A DNA stretch of 64,000 nt. It comes from a virus. The notes beneath the pieces are model-generated. The model was not told where the DNA came from and searched no databases. It was given only the letters and a program-made list of their open reading frames with translations. Positions 7,483-17,005 of this stretch are shown piece after piece (within the stretch, counting starts at the first letter, position 1; each line of letters starts with the position of its first letter). The stretch lies in the IMG/VR virus record IMGVR_UViG_3300026516_000178. One strand, written 5' to 3'. A program made the translations under genes and the position numbers.

Positions 7483-9861
7483 ATGCTTTACACACCCGAC
7501 CCAGCTGATGTTCTTGAGCTGCTGGAGCCAGCGCCCACCTGGACGGTGAGCTATGGGCCAGGCCCGGCGCCGCGCGAGGCCCTTCCCGACGAGAACCTGC
7601 TCACCGGCGAGATCGTAGACGTCCACTACCACGACGCCGACAGCGGCTTCTTCGTGGCCTCCCTGCTGCGCGGCAAGGAGATCATCCCTGTGGTGGGCAC
7701 GGCCATCTTCCTGGCGGCCGGCGCGCGGGTGACGATCTCCGGCGCCTGGACCGACCACCCGCACTACGGCCGGCAGTTCAAGGCATCCAGCGTGATGCTT
7801 ACCGACCAGGGAAGCGCGATGCAGGTGCTCTTGGGCAGCGGCTTCTTGAAGGGCGTCAAGACCGCCATGGCTGAGCGCATCGCCCAGGCCTTCGGCGCGG
7901 CAACCTTCGCGCGGCTGGACGAGGCGCTGGACGATCCCAACAGGCTGCGGATGGTGAAAGGCATCGGTCCCAAGAACTGCCACTGGATCGTGGAGTCGTG
8001 GCGTGCGCAGCGCCACTGGGCCAACGCCGCGCTGGTCTCGGTGCGGGCAGGGCTGACCATGCGCCAGGCCAGGGAGGCCTACCGGCGCTTCGGCGAGCAA
8101 CTAGCCAAGGTTGTCGCCGACAACCCTTACCTGCTCACGGTGGTAAGCGGCGTCACCTGGCAGCGCGCGGACGAGATCGCGGCGCTTGAGTGGCCGGGCA
8201 AAGCAAAGATCGATCACGACGACGGCCGGCGTTACGGCGCAGCCGTGCGGGAGGTGCTGCGCGAGGCCTACAGCCAAGGCCACATGGCGCTGGCCGAGAC
8301 GGATGCGCTGGCGCGCGCCAAGCAACTGGCAAGGCCCACCCACGACGGCTTCGAGCAGAAGGTGCGGGCGCGCTACGACCAGGATTACCTGCTCCTCCAA
8401 GGCGACTGGCTGTACCTGGAACCCTACTTCGAGATCGAGGAAGAGACCGCGGCCGGCATCGCCCGCATTCTTCAGAGCCCTGGTACGCCGGTGGGCGACT
8501 GGGATGCCATCGGAAACAATCTGGACCAGTACGCCGACTTCGCCCTTTCGCCTGACCAGGTGGAGGCGGTGCGGCTCGCGCTGGCCCACCGGCTGGTGGT
8601 GATCACGGGCGGACCGGGCTGTGGCAAGACGACTATCGTCCGTGTAATCTGCAACATCATGCAGGCGCAGGGCTTGAGCCTCACCCTGTGCGCACCCACC
8701 GGTAAGGCAGCCAGGCGCATGACTGAAGCCACCGGCCTGCCATCCGCCACCATCCACCGCACCCTGGGCATCTTCGACGATGAAGAAGCCAGGTACAGCT
8801 TCCAGACTGATGCGGTGACCATCGACGAAAGTTCCATGATCACTGCGGCCCTCATGCGCCGGATCGTCAAGGCCTGCGGCGAGCGAACGCGGCTGATCTT
8901 CGTGGGCGACGTGGACCAGCTGCCGCCGGTGGGCGCGGGCGAGCCCTTCTTCCAACTGATCCACAGCGGTGTGGTCCCGGTCGCGCGCCTTACCGTCATC
9001 CACCGCCAGGGCAAGGGCAGCGGCATCATCGTGGCGGCCCACGGCTTCAACCGCGGCCTCGTGCCTGATCTGTCGAGCTACGACGACATCGAGATCGAGT
9101 ATGCAAGCAGCAACGCAGCATTGCCCACCCATCTCTTGCGGTGGGTAAGCGATCTTATCGCTTGCGGCCTGTCCATCCGCGACATCCAGGTGCTGACACC
9201 CTTGAACAACCATCCCTGGGGCCAGCACGCCCTCAACCTGCGCCTGCAAGAGCGCTACAACCCTGGGCCGTTCCCGCTCAAGGGCTGTCCCTTCAAGCCG
9301 GGCGACAAGGTGATCCACACCAGAAATGTCTATGACTTGCGCGGCCAAACAGTGCTGAACGGCATGGTGGGCATGGTGGAGTGGGTGGCCAGCGACGAGG
9401 AAGAGCGCAGGATGGATATCCGGCGCAGGGAAGAAGGCGATGACGAGCTGCCACTGGTACTCGACGTGCAGTTCGACGGCGAGCTGGACGTCACTTCCTA
9501 CACGCGCGAGGACCTGGGCTATCTCAAACTGGCTTATGCGATCTCGGTTCACCGCGGCCAAGGCAGCGAATTCGGCTACGTGGTGCTGGCCCTTCCCACC
9601 ACGCGGCCTGACTTCATGCTGCGCCAGCTAGCCTACACCGGGCTGACCAGGGCCAAGACCTACTGTGTGCTGATCTCGGCTCAGTCGGCCCTGCAAGCCT
9701 ACGTCCAGAACGAGGAACGCGTGCGTCGCGTCACCTTCCTGGGCGACATGCTTCGGAACCTTCAGGTTGAGCCTGTCGAAACCCTCGGGTTGAGCTTGTC
9801 GAAACCAGTTCCGGGGCAGGTCGATGCCCAAGGCGAGTTGAATGGAGGTGTGTATGACTGA
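7483..9861 (+). CDS. recD2: RecD2-like SF1B DNA helicase
   Basis: N-terminal HPHYGRQF and HhH KGIG; ITGGPGCGKTT, APTGKAA, TIHR, IDESSM, VGDVDQLPPVG, LAYAISVHRGQGSEF, YTGLTRA. Confidence 0.9.
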   Translation: MLYTPDPADVLELLEPAPTWTVSYGPGPAPREALPDENLLTGEIVDVHYHDADSGFFVASLLRGKEIIPVVGTAIFLAAGARVTISGAWTDHPHYGRQFKASSVMLTDQGSAMQVLLGSGFLKGVKTAMAERIAQAFGAATFARLDEALDDPNRLRMVKGIGPKNCHWIVESWRAQRHWANAALVSVRAGLTMRQAREAYRRFGEQLAKVVADNPYLLTVVSGVTWQRADEIAALEWPGKAKIDHDDGRRYGAAVREVLREAYSQGHMALAETDALARAKQLARPTHDGFEQKVRARYDQDYLLLQGDWLYLEPYFEIEEETAAGIARILQSPGTPVGDWDAIGNNLDQYADFALSPDQVEAVRLALAHRLVVITGGPGCGKTTIVRVICNIMQAQGLSLTLCAPTGKAARRMTEATGLPSATIHRTLGIFDDEEARYSFQTDAVTIDESSMITAALMRRIVKACGERTRLIFVGDVDQLPPVGAGEPFFQLIHSGVVPVARLTVIHRQGKGSGIIVAAHGFNRGLVPDLSSYDDIEIEYASSNAALPTHLLRWVSDLIACGLSIRDIQVLTPLNNHPWGQHALNLRLQERYNPGPFPLKGCPFKPGDKVIHTRNVYDLRGQTVLNGMVGMVEWVASDEEERRMDIRRREEGDDELPLVLDVQFDGELDVTSYTREDLGYLKLAYAISVHRGQGSEFGYVVLALPTTRPDFMLRQLAYTGLTRAKTYCVLISAQSALQAYVQNEERVRRVTFLGDMLRNLQVEPVETLGLSLSKPVPGQVDAQGELNGGVYD
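9754..9813 (+). repeat. CGGAAC...GTTCCG palindrome with two tandem internal modules, inside the 3' end of recD2
   Basis: CGGAA-CCTTCAGGTTGAGCCTGTCGAAA-CCCTCGGGTTGAGCTTGTCGAAA-CCAGTTCCG. Confidence 0.95.
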
Positions 9862-11347
9862 TTGGCTGGCCCTGGAGCCACACCCTGTCGCGGACCTGCT
9901 GCCGCTGATGGATGAGGTTTCCTTCAAGGAACTCAAAGATGACATCGCGCTCAACGGGCTGCGGGAACCGGTCTGGCTGCACCCGGACGGCCGCATCCTG
10001 GACGGCCGCAACCGGCACAAGGCTTGCGTTGCGCTGCGTCTCAAGCCGGCGACCAAAGTCTATGCAGGCGACCTGTCCACCGAAGCGATCGTGGCTTTCA
10101 TCATCTCGCTGAACCTGAAACGGCGACACCTGGACAGTGGACAGCGAGCCTTCGTGGCGCTGCGCGTCGAGCAGACGCTGGCCGAGGCAGCAAGGGAGCG
10201 GATGATCGCATCGCAGAACAACGATGCCGGCAGAGCAGCTTTTCAAAGAATTGAAAAGCAGGCAGACACGCCCATTCATGCCGCTGCCCGAGCCGCGGCC
10301 ATGGTGGGCACCAACCGTCAGTATGTGGCCGACGCCAAAAAAATCAGGCAGGAAGCACCTGACCTGGAGCAGCAGGTGGTGGCGGGCAAGCTGACCCTGC
10401 CCAAAGCCAAGCAGCAGCTCAAGAAGCGCCAGCGCGCAAAGCAGCCCCGGCAGCCACAACCGGCGGCGGTCCAGGCCCTACCAGAGCCAGCGCATGACGA
10501 TCAGCCGGCGGACGCAGCGACAGACTGGACCCAGAAGGCCATTGGTGACGTGATCGTTTGGCGCGCGGACAGCCGCAATCTGGCAGGTGAGACAACAATC
10601 TGTGATGTTGACCTGGTCGTCACTTCGCCGCCCTATAACGTGGGCATCGAGTACGGCGAGCACCATGACCAGATGCCGCCAGAGCAATATGAGGATCTGC
10701 TCGATCAAGTCTTCCTGGCCTGCCATCAGGTGATGCGCGATGGGGCCAGGATCGCCGTGGTGATGCCCTTCGGCGTCGGGCGCAACCCGTGGCGGCCGTT
10801 GGGCCTGCTGACGGCGACGCGCCTACAGAAGGCCGGCTTCATCCTGCGCGGCCAGATTGTCTGGGACAAGGGCAGCTCGGGCAATCGTACCAGCTGGGGA
10901 TCGTTCCGGATGCCCAGTGATCCCAGCCTGCGCGACACGGTGGAGTGTATCCTTGTTGCCCACAAGGCGCACAGCGCGGCGCCCGTGCCTCGCACTGTGC
11001 TTCGCCAGGACGACAAGGGCACCCACTCGCCCTGGCTGGCAAGCTCCGACTACTTCCTGGCTTTGTCCCAAGACCATTGGGCGGTGGCGCCGGAGAGCGC
11101 GCAGCGCGTCGGCCATCCCGCACCCTTTCCCGTGGAACTGGCGCAGCGGCTTCTCCATTTCTACGGCTGGCCGGGTTGCACCCTGCTGGACCCGTTCGGC
11201 GGTTCAGGCACGGTGGGCGTGGCCGCGGCGCTGTGGGGATGCAAGGCGCACCTGGTGGACATCGACCCAGCCTACTGCGACCTGGCCGCGCGGCGGGTTG
11301 CTGCGGCCTATGAACACCTGAGAACCCAGGAGGCCAGCCATGGATGA
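9854..11347 (+). CDS. ParB/Srx-like domain fused to an amino (N4-C/N6-A, beta-class) DNA methyltransferase
   Basis: HPVADLLPLM...ILDGRNR N-terminus; VTSPPYN, HPAPFP, LDPFGGSGT. Confidence 0.9.
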   Translation: MTDWLALEPHPVADLLPLMDEVSFKELKDDIALNGLREPVWLHPDGRILDGRNRHKACVALRLKPATKVYAGDLSTEAIVAFIISLNLKRRHLDSGQRAFVALRVEQTLAEAARERMIASQNNDAGRAAFQRIEKQADTPIHAAARAAAMVGTNRQYVADAKKIRQEAPDLEQQVVAGKLTLPKAKQQLKKRQRAKQPRQPQPAAVQALPEPAHDDQPADAATDWTQKAIGDVIVWRADSRNLAGETTICDVDLVVTSPPYNVGIEYGEHHDQMPPEQYEDLLDQVFLACHQVMRDGARIAVVMPFGVGRNPWRPLGLLTATRLQKAGFILRGQIVWDKGSSGNRTSWGSFRMPSDPSLRDTVECILVAHKAHSAAPVPRTVLRQDDKGTHSPWLASSDYFLALSQDHWAVAPESAQRVGHPAPFPVELAQRLLHFYGWPGCTLLDPFGGSGTVGVAAALWGCKAHLVDIDPAYCDLAARRVAAAYEHLRTQEASHG

Positions 11348-11876
11348 TAGCGGCGCGTTCCAGGCCATGGGCAAGAAGCAGGGTGATTGGTTCGAGGAGA
11401 GCAGCCGGCGCGTCCTGGAGGACGTGGGCTTCACCATCGACGCGCGGCGCGCGGTGATCGCCGACGCGGGCGTGGAGGTGGACATCATCGCCACCAACCG
11501 CCAGCAGATCAGCTTCTACTTCACCTGCAAGGGATCGTGGCGGGGCAGGCGGCCGGGCGCGCGCCGCACCGACACCTTCAAGAAGGCGGTCGCCGAGGCG
11601 CTGATGCTGCACGCGCAAGGGTGGGGGCCGGTGGTGCTGCTCACCTCCCACAAGCCGGACACGCCTGCCGGCCGCGCCATGCTGGCCAACGTCGACCCAG
11701 AGATCATGTTCGACGTCATCGATCCCATCCAGGAAGCGAAACGCTTGCAATGGCTGGCGGCAGCAACGGAGCAGGAGTTGCGCCAGGACCTGCAACAGCG
11801 CCGTTCCCTGTTCCGGATAGCCAGGCCGCATAGAGGTTTTCTGCGCTACAGCCAGGCTGTTGAACCCGCTTGGTAA
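11340..11876 (+). CDS. PD-(D/E)XK restriction-endonuclease-like protein
   Basis: VEVDIIA...FTCKGS pattern; overlaps the methylase stop. Confidence 0.6.
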   Translation: MDDSGAFQAMGKKQGDWFEESSRRVLEDVGFTIDARRAVIADAGVEVDIIATNRQQISFYFTCKGSWRGRRPGARRTDTFKKAVAEALMLHAQGWGPVVLLTSHKPDTPAGRAMLANVDPEIMFDVIDPIQEAKRLQWLAAATEQELRQDLQQRRSLFRIARPHRGFLRYSQAVEPAW

Positions 11877-11910
11877 GGAAAGGTGCCATGCTGCCTGCGG
11901 TGCACAGTCT

Positions 11911-11948
11911 CGGAACCGGGTTTCGACAAGCTCAACCTGAAGGTTCCG
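11911..11948 (-). repeat. CGGAAC...GTTCCG palindrome with one internal module in inverted orientation
   Basis: Reverse complement reads CGGAACCTTCAGGTTGAGCTTGTCGAAACCCGGTTCCG. Confidence 0.95.
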
Positions 11949-12004
11949 GACCAGCCGTAGCGCCTGCGGCGCATCATGACAGCGACAACGGAAAGGAACA
12001 TCAA

Positions 12005-12355
12005 ATGCCTACTCAACTTCAAGCTCAGTACATCATCTGCCGGGTCAAGCTGCCAACCCAGGTGACGGTGATGCACGGCAGCCTGGACGCAGCCCAGGCC
12101 GAGGCTGAGCGGCTGGCCCGCAAACAGAACGATCGGTTCATGCTCTTCGAGCTGATCGGTGTCGTGGGTCCTGCGCAGCCACCGCTGGCCTGGACGTGGC
12201 GGCGGGAGGCACCGGCCACCGAGCACTTCGACGATGCGCGCGCCGCAGCTCAACGCGATCTGCTGTATCCCGACGATCTGGGCAGCGACGACCTGGGCGA
12301 TGACTGGATGGGCGACATCGATCCGACCGACGGCGAGCCATTCGGCGCCAAGTAG
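12005..12355 (+). CDS. Hypothetical protein with acidic tail
   Basis: GAAAGGA RBS; HGSLDAAQAEAERLA motif. Confidence 0.6.
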   Translation: MPTQLQAQYIICRVKLPTQVTVMHGSLDAAQAEAERLARKQNDRFMLFELIGVVGPAQPPLAWTWRREAPATEHFDDARAAAQRDLLYPDDLGSDDLGDDWMGDIDPTDGEPFGAK

Positions 12356-12442
12356 TTTCACTGACTTCGGCTGCGAGATTGGCTGATCCTCCACGTAGCG
12401 CCTACGGCGCATGACTGGCAAGACGACAGCAAGGAGTACCCA

Positions 12443-12820
12443 ATGGACGCACAGACCGCCCTGGAGCAGCTAGCCACCATCTACGACCGCGATCTGCAGC
12501 CTGCTGAGGCCGCGGCCGAGGCCATGACGATTTACCTGGAGATGGGCGAGCGCATCGCCGAGCTGGACGTGATCCGCGCCAGCGCCAAGCAAGTCCTCGT
12601 CGACGTACTAGCCGAGATCGGCGCGGATCGCCTGGAGACCGCTGTCGGCGTGGCTTATGTGACCGCACCCAGCATCCGTTCCAGCTATGACGCCAAGGGC
12701 CTGGACAAGCTGGCCGCCGCCGTGCCTGGCCTGGCTAACATGCTGGCGCCGTACCGCACCGAGCGCGAGATCGCCGGCACGCTGACCATCCGTGCTGGCT
12801 GTAAGAGTAAGGACGCGTGA
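12443..12820 (+). CDS. Hypothetical phage protein
   Basis: AAGGAG RBS; 125-aa ORF. Confidence 0.65.
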   Translation: MDAQTALEQLATIYDRDLQPAEAAAEAMTIYLEMGERIAELDVIRASAKQVLVDVLAEIGADRLETAVGVAYVTAPSIRSSYDAKGLDKLAAAVPGLANMLAPYRTEREIAGTLTIRAGCKSKDA

Positions 12821-12823
12821 ACC

Positions 12824-13000
12824 ATGAAACCGCCCTTCGACGACACCGATCGCACCACCATCTGCGACCGCTGCGGCGACGAGATCAACCTGGCCGAGGC
12901 CAACTATGCCGGTCCCGAGCTGCCGCTGTGGGAAGGCGCCACGCTGTGCAACGACTGCTATGCGGCCGAGCGAGACACCAGCCATGACGTGCAGGCATAA
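12824..13000 (+). CDS. Small zinc-finger protein (58 aa; not in ORF track)
   Basis: Own translation MKPPFDD...ICDRCG...LCNDCY. Confidence 0.55.
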   Translation: MKPPFDDTDRTTICDRCGDEINLAEANYAGPELPLWEGATLCNDCYAAERDTSHDVQA

Positions 13001-13277
13001 CCCCACCGCCTACGAAGCAGATCCTCAGACCGGTGAGGTGTGGTGTTTTCATTGCAAGCCGCCGCGCTGTCTCTCGACGCCAACATTGGTTTGGGCAGCA
13101 GTCGAGCTGTCCCGCCAGTTGGACCAGAATCGCACCTGCGCCACCTGCGGCAAGGTGGCAGACGTGGGCTATCACACCACCTGCGACCATTGCGGCCGGC
13201 CGGTGTGCGCCCGGTGCGCGGTGCAGTTCGCTGATGGCGTATTCTGCCCTACCTGCCCGCGCGGGTTGCCGTTCTGA
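12984..13277 (+). CDS. Cys-rich zinc-finger protein
   Basis: Five CxxC pairs. Confidence 0.55.
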   Translation: MTCRHNPTAYEADPQTGEVWCFHCKPPRCLSTPTLVWAAVELSRQLDQNRTCATCGKVADVGYHTTCDHCGRPVCARCAVQFADGVFCPTCPRGLPF

Positions 13278-13300
13278 CCATCGTAGTACCGGAGAAACCT

Positions 13301-13522
13301 ATGGACATCGAGAAGCTGTTGAAGCAAGCAGCCGACTACTGCGACAACGCCGGCAACACAATGCGCTACTTGATGCCAGATCGCATCGCGTTTGCCCAGA
13401 TCGCCGATGCCTGTGCCAATGTGGCACGCGTGATGATCGAGTATGAGCGGTGGCAGGACGAGCGCTTGGAGGAAGAACGTAGACAACTGCTGGCAACGCG
13501 CAACAACGAGCCGCCATTCTGA
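13301..13522 (+). CDS. Hypothetical phage protein
   Basis: GGAG RBS, 73 aa. Confidence 0.55.
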   Translation: MDIEKLLKQAADYCDNAGNTMRYLMPDRIAFAQIADACANVARVMIEYERWQDERLEEERRQLLATRNNEPPF

Positions 13523-13542
13523 TCACGACAAGGAGCAAGACG

Positions 13543-13794
13543 ATGATCGATCCCTACACCCCGGTTCTAGCCTTCCTGCTCGGCCTCCTGGCGGGACGGT
13601 TCCTTCAGTCCTGGCATGGTCAGCAATGGTGGTGGCGCTTGAAGGGAGCCATGCCCCGCCGCTGCCCATGCTGCGGGCGCTGGCACCGCAAGAAGACGAT
13701 GCACTTCGTCCAGCACCGCACAGCCGGCTGGATCTTCATCTGCCCGGACTGCTACGACGAGCAGTACCACCCTTTCAGCAAGGAGACACCATGA
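13543..13794 (+). CDS. Membrane-anchored zinc-finger protein
   Basis: N-terminal hydrophobic helix, CPCC and CPDC; AAGGAG RBS. Confidence 0.55.
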   Translation: MIDPYTPVLAFLLGLLAGRFLQSWHGQQWWWRLKGAMPRRCPCCGRWHRKKTMHFVQHRTAGWIFICPDCYDEQYHPFSKETP

Positions 13795-15404
13795 GCACTC
13801 AAGTATCAGCAACCGCAGTAGCGCACGGCAACCACGACGACGACGGCTACAACGACTTCCTGGCCCGCCTCAACGCGCGCTTGCTGGCCAACTGCGCCGA
13901 TGGCGCGCGGCCGCTGTTCACGACTGATGTCTCAGGCCTGTGGGATGCCTACCTCGCCAGCTTCACCGACCCTGGCGTCCGGCAATACCACAACTGCCAT
14001 GCCTGTCGCCAGTTCATCGAGCGCTTCGGCGGCCTGGTGACCATCGACGAGGATGGCGCAACCAAACCGGCCATCTGGCACGTAGACGACGCGCCGGAGG
14101 ACTACAAGCCGGCCCTGGCCGCCATGGCGAAGCTGGTGCGCCGCGCCAGGGTGACTGGCGTGTTCCTGGCATCCAACCCTGTGTGGGGAACGCCTGAGAC
14201 CGGCGTGTGGCTTCACTTCGTTGTCCGGCCGGCCGCGAACATGGTGTTCCAGCGCGCCACGCAGACGGCCGGCCAGGCAATGGCCGAGAAGCGCGAGGAC
14301 TTCAGGACTGTGATGGCCGCGTTGGGCGAGATCACGCCGATCCACCTGGAGATGGCAGTGGCCCTCTTGAAGACCGACGCGCTGTACCGCAGCGAGAAGG
14401 TGCTGGGGCAAGCGGAGTGGCTGCACGCCCTGCACGTGGCGCGCGACGCAGTTCATGGCCCTCGCAAGGCCAACGCAGTGTGGCGCGCGGTGGCCACCGC
14501 GCCGGCCGGTTTCTGCCACCCGCGCAGCAGCATGATCGGCACGCTGTTGGAGGATATCGCCGCCGGCATGAGGTTCGAAGAGGTCGCCAGTCGCTTCGCC
14601 GACAAGATGCATCCACTGCGCTACCAGCGCCCGCAGGCCGCGCCCACGGCTGGTGCGATTGCCGCTGCTGAGAAGACGGTGCAACAGCTCCAGGCGGCTG
14701 GTTCGCTCTTGCGGCGCTTCTGCCGCGTGGACGAGGTGCAGGCGCTGTGGCGGCCGGCGCCCAAGAAGACCGATGCGCTGGCCGATGGCGTGTTCGGCCA
14801 CCTGAAGCCAGAGGGTGCTAAGCCGCCGACGACGAACATCCGCATCCCGGCGCAGACCATGACCTGGGAGAAGTTCCAGCGCACCGTGCTGCCGACTGCC
14901 GAGCGCATCCAGTTCCTGGCGCCAGACAGAGGGTCCTACGTGGCGCTGGTGACGGCTGTGCATCCTGACGCGCCGCCGATCCTGCAATGGGACCACGCGG
15001 ACGCGCGCAACCCAGTGTCGTGGTATTTCTGGCACGGCGGCGCGACGGCCGCTTCCTTTGGCCTGCGAGGCGGCCAGTTCCATGACGTGGAGGCCATCAC
15101 GCTCAAGCCGTCCATGTGGAACGGCGGCTTCGAGCACCAGGGCGCTGGCGTGATGTTTGTCATCGCCGGCGCGCGCGAGAGCAGGCAGGCCGGCGCAGCG
15201 ATCTTCCCAGAGATACTGAAGGCTGAGTTTCACGGCATCCGCTCCGTGATCGAGGCCTACTCGCGCGAGACCAGCATCCAGGGCATGAACGAACCGCACG
15301 CAGCAGGCGTGATGCTGACCAAGGGCGACAACGCATGGAGCGCCACGCTGCGCGTCTGGAGCGCCGGACGCAGCCTCGACTATCGGCTGGATCGGTGGGA
15401 CTGA
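13791..15404 (+). CDS. Large hypothetical phage protein (HNCxxC motif)
   Basis: AAGGAG RBS before MSTQV; RQYHNCHACRQFIERFGGLV. Confidence 0.7.
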   Translation: MSTQVSATAVAHGNHDDDGYNDFLARLNARLLANCADGARPLFTTDVSGLWDAYLASFTDPGVRQYHNCHACRQFIERFGGLVTIDEDGATKPAIWHVDDAPEDYKPALAAMAKLVRRARVTGVFLASNPVWGTPETGVWLHFVVRPAANMVFQRATQTAGQAMAEKREDFRTVMAALGEITPIHLEMAVALLKTDALYRSEKVLGQAEWLHALHVARDAVHGPRKANAVWRAVATAPAGFCHPRSSMIGTLLEDIAAGMRFEEVASRFADKMHPLRYQRPQAAPTAGAIAAAEKTVQQLQAAGSLLRRFCRVDEVQALWRPAPKKTDALADGVFGHLKPEGAKPPTTNIRIPAQTMTWEKFQRTVLPTAERIQFLAPDRGSYVALVTAVHPDAPPILQWDHADARNPVSWYFWHGGATAASFGLRGGQFHDVEAITLKPSMWNGGFEHQGAGVMFVIAGARESRQAGAAIFPEILKAEFHGIRSVIEAYSRETSIQGMNEPHAAGVMLTKGDNAWSATLRVWSAGRSLDYRLDRWD

Positions 15405-15458
15405 AGACCAGGCCGCAACAGCTGACGTTGTTCTGAACATGACGAGGAGAAGATTACT

Positions 15459-15800
15459 ATGACCATCGACTGGGACGACAAGGACCTCTACAGCCAAGTC
15501 GTCGAGCAGGTTGAAGAGATCGGCTTGCAGCGCATGAAGGCCCAGTCCGGCATGAACGAGGCCGATTTCTTTGCCGGCGCTATGGCTTCTACACCTGCAC
15601 CTCGCCTGCGGCTCGGCGCAGGCGCAGGTGTGACGGCTCTCGGAATGACGCCGATCCAGTATCCCGCGCGCTGGACGCTGGGCCTTATGTTCGGCAAGCC
15701 GCCTCTCGCGCGGCGCATGGAAAACGAGCTACGGGCGCGCGACGCTTGCTGCGCTGCTCAAGACGCGCAGCCGGAACCGGGTTCCGAGACGGCGGGGTGA
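15459..15800 (+). CDS. Hypothetical phage protein
   Basis: GAGGAG RBS, 113 aa. Confidence 0.55.
   Translation: MTIDWDDKDLYSQVVEQVEEIGLQRMKAQSGMNEADFFAGAMASTPAPRLRLGAGAGVTALGMTPIQYPARWTLGLMFGKPPLARRMENELRARDACCAAQDAQPEPGSETAG
15772..15786. repeat. Empty 15-bp palindrome CGGAACCGGGTTCCG
   Basis: Same arms as the filled repeats, no internal module. Confidence 0.85.
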
Positions 15801-15805
15801 TATCC

Positions 15806-16264
15806 ATGACTGTCCTTGGCAGCGTCTGGTCGCTGCGCTGGTCCAACCCCTACACCACACCTCGCGATGGACTGCCACGCGTGCGCGCTGAGGTCTTCTT
15901 CCCCGTGGGACACTCTAACTACGGTTGGGGCGGATGTCCGGCTGAGCTGTCTGAGTTGCACGTGATTGGCAGCGGCTGGGTCATCTCCTGGTGCCCCATC
16001 GAAGCGCCGATCAAGCCGCTGAGCCAGAAAGCGCTGGCAGCGGTGCGCCAGAAGCGGCTGGCCCGCAGGGTCAAAGCGAGGTATCCACTGCTGGCCGAGC
16101 AGATCATCGAGGAAGAGCTGGCCAAGAAACCGGACTACTACGCCGGCGTGACCGATGCGAGGATCGAGGCTGAGCGCGCCGCGGCGATCCGGCAAAGGGA
16201 TGCATGGTTGCAAGGCTTGATGGCGACGCCCGGCGTCATCCACTGGTACGACAAGGAGGCGTGA
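15806..16264 (+). CDS. Hypothetical phage protein
   Basis: ORF coupled to next gene by GTGATG. Confidence 0.6.
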   Translation: MTVLGSVWSLRWSNPYTTPRDGLPRVRAEVFFPVGHSNYGWGGCPAELSELHVIGSGWVISWCPIEAPIKPLSQKALAAVRQKRLARRVKARYPLLAEQIIEEELAKKPDYYAGVTDARIEAERAAAIRQRDAWLQGLMATPGVIHWYDKEA

Positions 16265-16680
16265 TGGCACTGTCAATCATCGAGGACGCGCGCTTGGAAA
16301 CCATCGAGGAGTACCGGCTGTGCTTTTCCCTGGCCGATGCGCCCGGGTGCGGCTGGAGCTTTCCTTGCGACGCGGCCGGCAACGTGGACGAAGCAGCGCT
16401 GCACCCGGATGGGCTGGAAAGCTTGCGCATGTGCCGCTCAGGCCAGGGAAGAAGCGGCCGCGCCATCATCTTCGACTGCGTGACGTGCGAGCAGCGCACC
16501 ATCCGCTATCCTGCCGTCGCGCGCTGTCACTGCGGCGCGCGGCTGGAACTGGCATCGTCGTGGCTCAACACCTGCGATACCTGCGGCCGCGACTACGACG
16601 GCAGCGGGACTGCGCTGGCGCCGCGCCGCCACTGGGGCGAGGAAACCGGCGAGCACTGGACTGATCTGGTGGCTCTGTAG
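16264..16680 (+). CDS. Hypothetical protein with C-terminal zinc ribbon
   Basis: AAGGAGG RBS; CHCG...CDTCG. Confidence 0.6.
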   Translation: MALSIIEDARLETIEEYRLCFSLADAPGCGWSFPCDAAGNVDEAALHPDGLESLRMCRSGQGRSGRAIIFDCVTCEQRTIRYPAVARCHCGARLELASSWLNTCDTCGRDYDGSGTALAPRRHWGEETGEHWTDLVAL

Positions 16681-16702
16681 CGCTTCAAAGACAAGGATCA
16701 CC

Positions 16703-16987
16703 ATGAAACCTCAAACCTCTACTTCCACAGGACAAGACCGGATGCTGGACGTGATCGAAACGGTCAAAGGGCTGCGCGACGCCAGCCTGGCGATGTCGTC
16801 GGCTCAGACTGCGAAGGTGATGCAGGGTATCCTCGGGCAGCTAGTCGCGGCTAACACCGAGATCGCCGAGCAAATGGCAGAACTGATCGCCGCCAAGCCC
16901 GACCACTGCTGCTGCAATCGGACTTTCCCAGCCCCATACATCTACAACGGGCTATGCGACTACTGCTACGAGGATCGTATTGCGTGA
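16703..16987 (+). CDS. Hypothetical protein, helical with Cys-rich tail
   Basis: AAGGA RBS, 94 aa. Confidence 0.5.
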   Translation: MKPQTSTSTGQDRMLDVIETVKGLRDASLAMSSAQTAKVMQGILGQLVAANTEIAEQMAELIAAKPDHCCCNRTFPAPYIYNGLCDYCYEDRIA

Positions 16988-17005
16988 TTTCGAGGCGCGT
17001 TGTCG

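Noticed and set aside
8101..9561. Long antisense ORFs (e.g. 8101-9561, 17070-19280, 44644-46983, 48107-50431, 52811-54943)
   Set aside because: Shadow frames opposite well-supported genes, expected in GC-rich DNA; no motifs
15772..15786. Canonical host SOS box
   Set aside because: Spacing is GAAC-N3-GTTC, not N4; kept only as a possible phage operator
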